DNA of 64,000 nucleotides from Candidatus Arcticimaribacter sp. (lineage in GTDB: Bacteria > Bacteroidota > Bacteroidia > Flavobacteriales > Flavobacteriaceae). Under the pieces are notes generated by a model. The model saw only the letters and a program-made list of their open reading frames with translations. It had not been told where the DNA came from and did no database searches. Shown here one piece after another: positions 48,601 to 56,943 of the stretch (its first letter is position 1; each line of letters opens with the position of its first letter). The DNA lies in contig PXYQ01000001.1 in assembly GCA_003023645.1 (NCBI GenBank), forward strand, positions 258-64,257, written 5' to 3'. Position numbers and translations under genes: made by a program.

Positions 48601-51600
48601 TACCATCATAGGGTCTATAGAAGAAAGTGTCGGTAGCAATTCCAGTACTGGGAATTTGAGTACCGCCATGAGTATAAGAAAATGTTCCATTATCTAGAAA
48701 GCTGAGAGTACCCAGATTAGGTGTCAGGGTTGGTACCGGTTGCCCTAGAAGAAATCCAGCAGAGAGGGTCTCGCCTTCAACGTCTGTATCATTGAATAAA
48801 ACTGAGGTAGCATTTGCAGAAGTTACAGTTACAGTTTCTCCTTCATTTACAAGAATTGTATCAGCAATTCCAACAGGTAAATCATTGACAGCATTTACAG
48901 TAATTATAAAGCTTTCTGAGGTCACCACTCCACAATTCAAGTCATTTGCAGTAACGGTAACGGTCGCCGATCCTACCATATCATCAGTATAATTGAGTGT
49001 TAGGCTTGTAGTGTTGATTGTAGCTGCTAGTAAAGATGTATTGGTTTGAGTAACCGTATAGGTTAAAGCATCCCCTTCTGGGTCAATAAATGTACTTGAA
49101 AAATTGATTACGGTGTCAGCTGCATCTTCCACCACCGTAACATCAGATAAAGGAGTTTGAACAAGTGGACATTCCTCAACGGGGGTTATGGTAATTGTTA
49201 CAGAAACCGTATTTCCATATACTGCTCCGTCATATGCACGATAGCTAAAACTATCTGTTGTAGTTTCAGAATCATCATGGGTATAGGTAAACGACCCAGT
49301 TGCACTAAGTGCTAAAACACCATTAATGGTATTAGTAACAAGGTCAGTAGTTATAGAATCTCCATCAGGATCACTATCATTGGATAACACGGAAGTTGCC
49401 CCACCACTAATCGTCGTTACCGTACCGCCTTCTAATACTATGATGGCATCTTGTACTGAAACTGGCGGGTTTGTATTGGCTTCGAAAGAACTTACATATA
49501 TACCGCGACCGAACGTACCAGCAATTACCCGGTTGTCAAGTGCAGAAGCCCCACGGAAATCCATATCAAGAACCGCAACATCACTCATACCTTCATAGGC
49601 TAAACTCCAATCAGGATTTGCAGCTGTAAAGTTTAGTGTTTTCCATACGCCAAGTTCAGTTCCAACAATAACCTCTTCTTCTTCATATGGATTATTCAAA
49701 ATAGAGTATACTGGAAGGTCGGGTAGTTTAGTAGCACCTGCTCCTTCTTTATTTACCCATGTTGATCCTCCGTCCTCTGTGAAGTATACATTAACGATAG
49801 AAGTTCCGTAATTGTAATATGTAATGTATATGTCATCTTCTGTAGCCCCAAAGTGAATGTCCGAGACACTCCCGGCAGTCGGGTTTCCTATTGAAGTTGC
49901 ACTTGGAGTAGTGTCCGCATTGGATATTTTAATAATATTCCCATCCTTTGTTCCAACAAAAAGTAAAGAACTCCCAGTTGTAAATGGGGATAGTTTTAGC
50001 GTAGTAGGTTCTGATGTAAGAAGTCCTGTTAGTAAGGTTGTTGTTGGAGTATTACTATCAACATCCTTAATCCTTCTAAGGTTATAAGTGGTTCCAACCG
50101 TAGCGTTCGAAAAATAGATGTCTTGGTTTGAGTCTAGAGCCGCTGGGTTGATGAAACTTCCTTCACGAGGTAAAGTCAAAATCCCACCATAAGCCGCTAA
50201 ACTTGCTAGCTGTTGGTTTCCAGTGTAAATTCCAGAGGCATTGTAATTCTGCCTTGAGATTGCATCGTTATAAATGTAATTTACAATTGAATAACTCCCA
50301 CCCACTTGATCGAAAAAGGTAGCGGCACCATCTCCATCTTCAATAACATATGCATTAGATAAGCTAAGTCCGGGATTAGAAAGCCCATAATTACCATTGT
50401 CCTGAGTTCCTCCTATTACATAGTCTATTCCAAAACCAGATGGGCTCTGTGCAACTGTGTAAAATTGAGTTGTAACAAAATTATTTTCTCCTTCAGTAAA
50501 ATTGTCAGAAGCATTTGCAGTATCAAGGTCAGAACAATAGGCAACCCCTCCGTCATTAACAATAACGGCTTGCTTGGTGTTTGAAGGTCTAAAGTATAAC
50601 CCATGCTGGTCTGCGTGAATTAAAGACACTCCGAGACCTACTGCTGCAGAGGAGTTATTAGCCCACTTAGTGATTTGATTCCAACTTGTTCCTCCATCTC
50701 CAGAACGAAACCAATTGATTCCTCCTACATATACGATATCCTCATCTGTTGGATCAACCTCAATTTCAAGATCATACCAAGATTGCCCTCGGGTGAAGTC
50801 TGCGGGTGGTATTCCAGTGTCAATGTCAATAGGTTCTGAAAGTTTTTCTAGGGTAGAAAAATCATCAGTAGTCTTGTAGATTTCTGCAACCGAATTTGCA
50901 CTCATTAGTACATAATGTGTACTTGGGTCAGTTTCGCTCGAAGCAATTTCTGTTCGTCCTATAGCAGTGGGTTCAACGTCATATACTGGTGTTGCTTTTG
51001 TGAATGTGACACCATCGTTTTTCCCACTATAATAGTAATTTCCACCCGTTGCTCCAAAAGGCCCTCGAGTTGTTGCAAGCCATATCTTATCATTAGTTGT
51101 TTGTACTTCAATGTCGTTTATGTTTTCTGGCCTCGAAGTGTCACTATTGTTTAGGGTTATTTTTGACCAAGAACTGCCACCGTCTGTAGAATAGTAAAGG
51201 CCATAGATGTTATAGTCAAAATCGGTGGTTGACATTCGTTTGTGATTACTCCCATAACCTAGTGCTGCATATAGATAACTCTGCGTGGTTGTATCATCAT
51301 CATGGTCAAAAAGGGCTAAGTCGTTAATGTAAAAATAGCCTTCTACTTCGGTCCAACCTCCACCATATGTAATGGTAACCTGTCCTGAGCTACTTCCAAG
51401 AATTTGTGTCCAACTAACCCCACCATCGTTAGATTTATAAACCCCATTCCCAGCAACATCGCCTTGGGTGTAGGATTCCCCAGTTCCAACGTACATCACA
51501 TCCATATCATCCGGATCTTGAATGATATTAGAAACTGCAAGATTTCCTATTGGAATATTAATCTGAGTCCATGCAGGTATAGGATCGGCGTCAATATCTT

Positions 51601-52060
51601 CGTTAACCCAAAGACCACCACTAACTCCACCAGCAATTACTCGATCTTCTTCAGCATCATTAAGGTCGAATAAAGCAGCTCGTGTTCGACCAGCTTGGTT
51701 GTTTGGACCAATAGTATACCATGGAGTGTCTGCACTCTGTCCGGGTACAGCACCGCGTCTGACTCTGTTGTTTTTTTGATATTCTAATTGTTGAGAGATT
51801 CTTATCTTTTCATCAATATCTGGTTTTCCAGTTGTTGGGTCCATTGTTAGGTCATACAACTGTTCATAATATTTGTTTGGAGGAAGTCCCGCCTTGAAAC
51901 GTTCTTTTTTTGAAAGTTTGTGTGTTTCCTTGTATGGGCTATTCTCTAGAAAAAATTGATGTAATTCTTCTGGAGATTTTTCACTTGATAAGGTATATAA
52001 AACACCCGCACCAATGAATAGTAATCCACATGCAACTTTCAAAAACCCCTTATAACTCAT
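45695..52060 (-). CDS. 2121-aa surface protein: BNR/VPS10-like propeller, 12 Ig/cadherin-like repeats, Cys-rich C-terminus
   Basis: Asp-box motifs SNDGGVSW, STDGGSSW, SGDGGTSW, TEDGGSTW; repeated NDxP...EG/ED...NDTD units; hydrophobic N-terminus. Confidence 0.85.
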   Translation of the reverse strand: MSYKGFLKVACGLLFIGAGVLYTLSSEKSPEELHQFFLENSPYKETHKLSKKERFKAGLPPNKYYEQLYDLTMDPTTGKPDIDEKIRISQQLEYQKNNRVRRGAVPGQSADTPWYTIGPNNQAGRTRAALFDLNDAEEDRVIAGGVSGGLWVNEDIDADPIPAWTQINIPIGNLAVSNIIQDPDDMDVMYVGTGESYTQGDVAGNGVYKSNDGGVSWTQILGSSSGQVTITYGGGWTEVEGYFYINDLALFDHDDDTTTQSYLYAALGYGSNHKRMSTTDFDYNIYGLYYSTDGGSSWSKITLNNSDTSRPENINDIEVQTTNDKIWLATTRGPFGATGGNYYYSGKNDGVTFTKATPVYDVEPTAIGRTEIASSETDPSTHYVLMSANSVAEIYKTTDDFSTLEKLSEPIDIDTGIPPADFTRGQSWYDLEIEVDPTDEDIVYVGGINWFRSGDGGTSWNQITKWANNSSAAVGLGVSLIHADQHGLYFRPSNTKQAVIVNDGGVAYCSDLDTANASDNFTEGENNFVTTQFYTVAQSPSGFGIDYVIGGTQDNGNYGLSNPGLSLSNAYVIEDGDGAATFFDQVGGSYSIVNYIYNDAISRQNYNASGIYTGNQQLASLAAYGGILTLPREGSFINPAALDSNQDIYFSNATVGTTYNLRRIKDVDSNTPTTTLLTGLLTSEPTTLKLSPFTTGSSLLFVGTKDGNIIKISNADTTPSATSIGNPTAGSVSDIHFGATEDDIYITYYNYGTSIVNVYFTEDGGSTWVNKEGAGATKLPDLPVYSILNNPYEEEEVIVGTELGVWKTLNFTAANPDWSLAYEGMSDVAVLDMDFRGASALDNRVIAGTFGRGIYVSSFEANTNPPVSVQDAIIVLEGGTVTTISGGATSVLSNDSDPDGDSITTDLVTNTINGVLALSATGSFTYTHDDSETTTDSFSYRAYDGAVYGNTVSVTITITPVEECPLVQTPLSDVTVVEDAADTVINFSSTFIDPEGDALTYTVTQTNTSLLAATINTTSLTLNYTDDMVGSATVTVTANDLNCGVVTSESFIITVNAVNDLPVGIADTILVNEGETVTVTSANATSVLFNDTDVEGETLSAGFLLGQPVPTLTPNLGTLSFLDNGTFSYTHGGTQIPSTGIATDTFFYRPYDGNGVLGNTTTVTIQITHTNDCPIVASAITTQTVMEDAADLDIDLGPVFTDEELNTITLTVSNTNTSLLTATLNTTTLTLDFVNNMTGSSTIILYASDGVCSTLVSSTFIVNVEPQNDAPVGTPDIINVNENETATSTTISITVLANDTDTEGDNLTATLVPGSGPFNHSGGAFSLQNSGTFVYNHNGSETTTDTFNYTLSDLLSSTIVSVTINIAAVNDCPEVDTPFPDITVNEDATDTVINLSPNFSDAENDALSFSFTNADTSVANVTLNTSTLTIQYIPEQNGTTTVTISVDDLNGCSTVQDVFLVNITAVNDPPITVTENLSVLEGGTVTATILAASSLLANDTDTENNALEAILTTQAINGNVVISSTGTFTYIHDGSETTTDTFQYRAAEVVSGLDGNVILVNIAIQEVNDCPIYTAVGGFPAANEDGAAWTWNYGAEISDADGNAPMYTLTHTATNLLTAVLAANGIVTFTPKLNQFGTTTMTLNVNDGRNCDIDIEIPVTINPINDCPTLENPTPDVSANEDDPDFIIPLAGIFADVDTTPLNYMTSIGNSSLVATSITATALIIDFLPNQSGSTFINLIALDGDMSCTVDDLFTVSITPVNDPPIGVGEVVNLAKGATSSVLNDGVTNSVLANDSDPEGDAITAILVTGPVNGTINLLTNGNFTYTHDNSTTVTDSFTYTPQDTFLNIGNTTTVTIFINNVPIGVTETIALFEGGTATTTTAASTSVLSNDTDVDTGDTAILTATIGTSPLFGTLALNANGSFTYTHLGSEDFTDSFTYIPFDGKGYGLPTVVSVTITPTNDAPVAFPDSITVGVGQTTSILTGGMNNVLMNDTDTDADPLTAVLVTNPTSGTLVLNPGGTFSYIQGGVMNAGDSFTYKANDGTLDSNIVTVNITLTCSPCTEKTIEAGSNGVLISYQGCDCRTYDVYVPKGRVFIFCHLDGSVTIGSGSYTVLSSKVCN
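45890..49477 (-). repeat. 12 protein-level ~100-aa repeats of two types, order ABABABABBAAA
   Basis: Type A: V.EG.T..SVL.NDTD..G.FTY.H.GSETTTDTF.Y; type B: CP...V.EDA.D...G..T....D..C. Diverged at the DNA level. Confidence 0.8.
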
Positions 52061-52137
52061 ATTAAATATAGTAAGTAATTTAATAACGTAATTTATCTGA
52101 TTAAATTATGTTATGCTACAGTAGTGTACTGTTTTAA

Positions 52138-52175
52138 ATAAAAGCCAGGAAGAATAAATGAAGCCTGACTTTTAT
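52138..52175 (-). terminator. intrinsic terminator after the SCP2 gene
   Basis: Minus strand ATAAAAGTCAGG-N14-CCTGGCTTTTAT. Confidence 0.55.
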
Positions 52176-52187
52176 CCAATAGTAAAT

Positions 52188-52481
52188 TTATCCTAGCAAG
52201 GTTTGTACTTTCATTGCCAATCCCATATCGCCACCTATTTTAATTTTACCTCCCATAACAGCCATCATTGGATTGAGATCTCCATTTTTAAGATCCATCA
52301 AAACCTCTGCTGTTGTAGTTATGGTACAATCTGCTTCCCCGTTTTCTTGAGAAACAATGTTGGAATTTCCTGATCCATCTACATATACAATCAGATCACC
52401 GACTTCAAATTTTAATGTACCTCCGATAGCTTCAGCTGCTTCGGCTTTTTCTTTTAATTGGTCAAATACTTCGTTATTCAT
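52188..52481 (-). CDS. stand-alone SCP2 sterol/lipid-binding domain protein
   Basis: ADCTIT, GDLNPMMAVMGGKIKIGGDMGLAMK. Confidence 0.9.
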   Translation of the reverse strand: MNNEVFDQLKEKAEAAEAIGGTLKFEVGDLIVYVDGSGNSNIVSQENGEADCTITTTAEVLMDLKNGDLNPMMAVMGGKIKIGGDMGLAMKVQTLLG

Positions 52482-52557
52482 TTCGTAAATTATTTAGTAC
52501 CTTAAAAATAAGGATTTATTAGGAAATATAGTTCATTATAGGAATTCTTTTATGAGG

Positions 52558-53247
52558 CTATTCGTCGTTGAAAATAAAAAAGCCTAAACCTCCAGAATCT
52601 CTTAGAATTATATTGTCTACTTCACCTTTTGAGTTGAATTCCGTTATTTTTTCTGTGATTTCGATCTTATGTTTTTTTATGGATTCGATTATTTCTAGGT
52701 TACGAAACCCATTGAAATAAGTCAATGAGGGGTTGAAAAATAAATGCGGACACTGTTGGGCTTGTAAAAGTGAAATGGAATCGCCCCCCTCTGACTTCAT
52801 TTCGATCCAACCTTTTGAAAAGTCTTTTGATGTTGATGAAAAACCTAAAAGACTCCAGAATTCACAACTTTTGGACACATCAAGAGTTTCTATACAGACG
52901 CCACCATAATTGCCTAGCAGGCTTTTGCTATCCGAACGAATTGCTTTTTCATCCAATATTTTTTCTACTAATTTTATCCAAATTCCATTGGGATCAGTAA
53001 TTAAATAACCTTCTTCTATTTTGATTATTGGTGTGCGATCTTTAAGTTGTAGTAGCGTTTTATTCCACGAGTTTTGATGCAGTTGAATACAAATTCGTGC
53101 TGTCCGTTCTTGATTAATTTCGATACAGATTTGAGAATCGATAGCGACAATTTTGGGACCTTGGGTTCGGATTTCAAAACCTAGTTTTTCATAAAAAACA
53201 ATGCTTTGATTGAGGTCGGCAGTAGGGGTTTGTATGGTCAGTTGCAT
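52558..53247 (-). CDS. VOC/glyoxalase-fold protein
   Basis: DLNQSIVFYEKLGF, ITDPNGIWI, repeated second half (SCEFWSLLGF). Confidence 0.72.
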   Translation of the reverse strand: MQLTIQTPTADLNQSIVFYEKLGFEIRTQGPKIVAIDSQICIEINQERTARICIQLHQNSWNKTLLQLKDRTPIIKIEEGYLITDPNGIWIKLVEKILDEKAIRSDSKSLLGNYGGVCIETLDVSKSCEFWSLLGFSSTSKDFSKGWIEMKSEGGDSISLLQAQQCPHLFFNPSLTYFNGFRNLEIIESIKKHKIEITEKITEFNSKGEVDNIILRDSGGLGFFIFNDE

Positions 53248-53296
53248 AATTCAAATTACAAAAGTCTTTGTTATTGTTAATCGAAAAACATTATTT

Positions 53297-53328
53297 ATTG
53301 ACAATTCAAGCTTTTAAAAGTACCTTTG
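53297..53328 (+). promoter_or_regulatory. sigma70 promoter of the small ORF-mce-meaB unit
   Basis: ATTG-N20-TACCTTTG, 4 nt before the ATG at 53333. Confidence 0.65.
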
Positions 53329-53332
53329 AAGC

Positions 53333-53539
53333 ATGAAAACACCTTCAAAGCTCACAAAGTGGCATATTATAAAACCCTGTGAAAGAGAATATCATTCCAT
53401 TGCACGCTTAGCAAAAAAAAACGACTGCAGTGTTAGCTCAATTAAGCGTATGTTGTACAAAAACAAAAAGGCCTACGATGCTTTTTTACTGCATGCTCCA
53501 GACCCTAAGGTTTTAAAACCTTTCTCTGAAGGAGAATAG
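53333..53539 (+). CDS. 68-aa basic protein with an HTH-like segment
   Basis: SIARLAKKNDCSVSSIKRML; own promoter; ends 11 nt before mce. Confidence 0.6.
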   Translation: MKTPSKLTKWHIIKPCEREYHSIARLAKKNDCSVSSIKRMLYKNKKAYDAFLLHAPDPKVLKPFSEGE

Positions 53540-53550
53540 AACACCAACAA

Positions 53551-53952
53551 ATGAAAAACATTGATCACATCGGAATAGCGGTTAAAGATTTAGAAGCATC
53601 AAACAAATTGTTTGCTAGTTTATTGAATACGGCTTGCTATAAAATCGAAGATGTTCCTAACCAACAGGTTTCTACTTCTTTTTTCAAAACCGATGATCAA
53701 AAAATAGAATTGATTGCGGCTACAAGCCCTTCCAGTCCAATTACAAAATTCATTGACAAAAAAGGAGAAGGCATTCACCACATTGCTTTTGAAGTAGATG
53801 ATATTCATGCAGAAATCATCCGACTGAAAGGAGAAGGTTTTGAGCCTTTGGGCGAAGAACCCACCAAAGGAGCCGATAATAAATGGGTTGTTTTTTTTCA
53901 CCCCAAAACCACCAATGGGGTGCTGATTGAATTGTGTCAAGAAATACGCTAA
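53551..53952 (+). CDS. mce: methylmalonyl-CoA epimerase
   Basis: IDHIGIAV, KGEGIHHIAFEV, FFHPKTTNGVLIELCQ. Confidence 0.94.
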   Translation: MKNIDHIGIAVKDLEASNKLFASLLNTACYKIEDVPNQQVSTSFFKTDDQKIELIAATSPSSPITKFIDKKGEGIHHIAFEVDDIHAEIIRLKGEGFEPLGEEPTKGADNKWVVFFHPKTTNGVLIELCQEIR

Positions 53953-53955
53953 CCC

Positions 53956-54966
53956 ATGGCCAATAAGCAGCAACATTTTGATTTATTGCACTACAAAGAA
54001 GAAATCCTGAAGGGTAACTCCTCTTTCCTGAGTCGAGCCATAACTTTAGGCGAAAGCACCTTAGATACGCATCGTCAACAAATTCAAGAACTATTATTGG
54101 AATTGATGCCCCATACGGGAACATCCATTCGAGTGGGAGTCAGTGGAATTCCCGGAGCTGGAAAAAGTACGCTGATTGAAACTTTAGGAACGTATTTAAT
54201 AGAAAAATTTCACCTAAAAGTTGCTGTTTTAGCAATAGATCCAAGTAGTGAATTAAATCACGGAAGTATATTAGGGGACAAAACTCGAATGGAGTTTTTG
54301 AGTAGATCAGACCAAGCATTCATTCGGCCTTCTCCTTCTCAATCAAACCTAGGTGGTGTGACCCGTAATACAAGGGAAGCCGTTTATTTGTGTGAGGCTG
54401 CGGGTTATGATGTTATCTTAATCGAGACTGTTGGCGTAGGACAATCCGAAACTGCAGTCCAGTCTATGGTCGATTTTTTTATGATGCTACAAATTGTTGG
54501 TGGTGGAGACGATCTTCAGGCAATTAAACGTGGGATTTATGAACATATTGATTTGCTTGTGGTTCACAAAGCTGATCAAGATCAAGCAAACCAGGCGCGA
54601 AAAGAAGCAGCTAATTTCAAAAAAATGTTCCATTTATTTCCAACTAAAGAATCCAAATGGATACCGAAAGCCATGTCTTGTTCTTCTCTAGAAAAAACAG
54701 GAATTGATCAACTTTGGGAAACGCTCTTGGAATATAAAAAGCACACACAATTTTCGGGTTATTTCCAAAAAAAGAGAACCGATCAAAATATAGCCTGGTA
54801 TCAAGAACTACAACAAGAACAATTGGATCGTTTTCTTAGAACACACCCTAAGTTGAACACTGGTATGGATCAAATTCAAGCAGAGATGATTGCTAAAAAC
54901 CATTCACCCTTAGCGGCTTCTAAGTTGTTAGAACAACTTTTGGACACACTGTTTCCTAAAAACTAA
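53956..54966 (+). CDS. meaB: methylmalonyl-CoA mutase-associated GTPase
   Basis: GIPGAGKST, AIDPSS..GSILGDKTRM, IETVGVGQSE, LQAIKRG. Confidence 0.94.
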   Translation: MANKQQHFDLLHYKEEILKGNSSFLSRAITLGESTLDTHRQQIQELLLELMPHTGTSIRVGVSGIPGAGKSTLIETLGTYLIEKFHLKVAVLAIDPSSELNHGSILGDKTRMEFLSRSDQAFIRPSPSQSNLGGVTRNTREAVYLCEAAGYDVILIETVGVGQSETAVQSMVDFFMMLQIVGGGDDLQAIKRGIYEHIDLLVVHKADQDQANQARKEAANFKKMFHLFPTKESKWIPKAMSCSSLEKTGIDQLWETLLEYKKHTQFSGYFQKKRTDQNIAWYQELQQEQLDRFLRTHPKLNTGMDQIQAEMIAKNHSPLAASKLLEQLLDTLFPKN

Positions 54967-54971
54967 TACGA

Positions 54972-55376
54972 TTAGTTCTGCAATGCTTTTAATAAAGTAA
55001 TAGCTTCCGTTACACAGGAATCTTTCAATTCCCTAGTTTCAATTGCGGTAACTAGAATGTTTGGTTGGTCGTTTTTAATTAATGCCGCTTCAATATCTTC
55101 CATTGGGTTCATTTTTTCATCAGCAGAAACTACTAAATGAATTGAATGTACATCGTTTTCTATGGCTTGTTTTACCAAGTGGTTTGTATTTTCAAAAGTA
55201 GGAGCGAAGTCAACATCAAAGCCAAGGTCTGAAAATTGAATTGCAAGCTTGTGAAAGTCACCTTGTTTTTCAATTATTTCTGTGCTTGAAAGTAAAATAC
55301 GAGGTCTTCTTCCGTTCTTATCAACAAAGATTTTAAGTAGTTTTTCGACTAATACAACAGTTGTTTTTTTTGACAT
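54972..55376 (-). CDS. stand-alone degenerate B12-binding-domain protein
   Basis: NGRRPRIL...FSDLGFDVD..P.F....KQAIENDVH aligns to the C-terminal domain of the mutase at 59257-61401; DxHxxG is absent. Confidence 0.75.
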   Translation of the reverse strand: MSKKTTVVLVEKLLKIFVDKNGRRPRILLSSTEIIEKQGDFHKLAIQFSDLGFDVDFAPTFENTNHLVKQAIENDVHSIHLVVSADEKMNPMEDIEAALIKNDQPNILVTAIETRELKDSCVTEAITLLKALQN

Positions 55377-55403
55377 AACACACAGGTTTCATCGCTTGAT
55401 GAA

Positions 55404-56777
55404 CTACATCATTCCCAATAGTTTTTTCAGCACTTTAAATGTTTTAGGATAGGGTGCATAGCGTGTGGGTAAATCAAGCCAACGGGCTTTTTTTATAAAA
55501 GGTTTGTAGTGTGTAAAGGTGTCAAAACTGAATTTCCCGTGATAGGCTCCAACACCACTGTGACCGATTCCTCCAAAGGGTAAATTGTCGTTTGTAAATT
55601 GAATTATAGAATCATTTGAAACTCCGCCTCCAAAAGAGTAATCGCGTTGTATTTTTTTGATGAAAGCATTTCTCTTGGTGAAAACATAAAACCCTAACGG
55701 TTTTTCATATCGATTGATTATGGGTTTTAATTCTTCTTCATTTGTGTAACTTATTATGGGTAGGAGGGGGCCGAAAATTTCTTTTTTCATGACTTCACTG
55801 TCTAGATCTGGTTGACTGATTAGTGTGGGCTCTAGATACAAATCCTTTTCATTGACCGTTCCTCCATGAGCAATAGTAGCATCTTTAAGCATGTTGGTCA
55901 GGTGCAACAAGTGTTTCTTGTTAATAATTCTTCCATAGCTAAAGGACTCTTGGGGATCATCTCCAAAGGCTTGTTTGATTTCATGAATTAAGGCCTCGGT
56001 AAGCGCTTCAGCTTTTGAATGATGAACGAGTATGTAGTCAGGTGCAATACAAGTTTGCCCACAGTTTACATATTTACCCCAAACAATCCTTTTTGCAGAC
56101 AGTTTTATTGGAGCAGTTTCATCTACAATACAAGGGCTCTTTCCACCAAGTTCAAGGGTGTAAGGCGTAAGGTGTTCTGCAGCAGCTTTTGCTATTATTT
56201 TACCAACCGGAGTACTTCCAGTAAAGATGATATAATCCCAGCGTAGTTTTAGTAATTCTGTAGAAGTTTCTGCGCCCCCTTGAACTACAAGAACATGTTC
56301 CTGACTAAAGGCCTCGGTCATTATCTCTTCTACAATTAGGGCTGTATGGGGTGCGTATTCCGAAGGCTTGAGGACTACTGTGTTTCCAGCCGCTACAGCG
56401 CCAATGACAGTAGTTACGGCAAGCTGAAAGGGATAATTCCAAGGGCTTATATGCAGCGTACAACCATAGGGTTCGGGGATTAAATAATCTTGACTTGGAT
56501 AATTTAATATGGAACCAGAAACACGTTGTGTTTTGGTCCACGTATGGAGCTTATTGAGTACTTTCTTAATTTCATTCTTAACGATAAAAACTTCAGTCAG
56601 GAAGGATTCATACTCTGATTTTTTGAGATCTTGAAACAAAGCCTTTAAAATTGCATCTTCTTTTTTCTCAATAACGGCCAGTAGTTTTTTAAGGGCTGCT
56701 CTTCTGAATGAAACATCAAAGGTTGCTTGTGTATTGAAGAATGTTTTTTGCTTTTGGTAAAGGGTAGTTACTTCCAT
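55404..56777 (-). CDS. NAD(P)+ aldehyde dehydrogenase (ALDH3-like)
   Basis: SPWNYP, KPSE, FTGS, LELGGKSP, GQTCIAPDY, EIFGP. Confidence 0.93.
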   Translation of the reverse strand: MEVTTLYQKQKTFFNTQATFDVSFRRAALKKLLAVIEKKEDAILKALFQDLKKSEYESFLTEVFIVKNEIKKVLNKLHTWTKTQRVSGSILNYPSQDYLIPEPYGCTLHISPWNYPFQLAVTTVIGAVAAGNTVVLKPSEYAPHTALIVEEIMTEAFSQEHVLVVQGGAETSTELLKLRWDYIIFTGSTPVGKIIAKAAAEHLTPYTLELGGKSPCIVDETAPIKLSAKRIVWGKYVNCGQTCIAPDYILVHHSKAEALTEALIHEIKQAFGDDPQESFSYGRIINKKHLLHLTNMLKDATIAHGGTVNEKDLYLEPTLISQPDLDSEVMKKEIFGPLLPIISYTNEEELKPIINRYEKPLGFYVFTKRNAFIKKIQRDYSFGGGVSNDSIIQFTNDNLPFGGIGHSGVGAYHGKFSFDTFTHYKPFIKKARWLDLPTRYAPYPKTFKVLKKLLGMM

Positions 56778-56943
56778 GACGTTTTTATATTGTATTCCAA
56801 GGTACTATATTTTTATTGTTTTTTTGAATCGACATGAATTTTAAACTGCATCCTGCAGGGTTAAATTTTAAAACGGAACATGAGATCAAAGGCATTTGTA
56901 GAGCAAATTATATCCCTATATTTACCTATAATAATTTATGTAA

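Noticed and set aside
46341-51673. Series of plus-strand ORFs rich in Val/Ser
   Set aside because: Antisense shadows of the Thr/Asp/Asn-rich giant protein; no independent motifs.
45050-52060. Polymorphic toxin-immunity pair
   Set aside because: The genes are convergent rather than toxin-then-immunity, and no toxin domain is recognisable; kept only as a weak partner hypothesis.
56778-56943. Possible cobalamin riboswitch near the mutase genes
   Set aside because: No B12-box or GGGAA core is visible.
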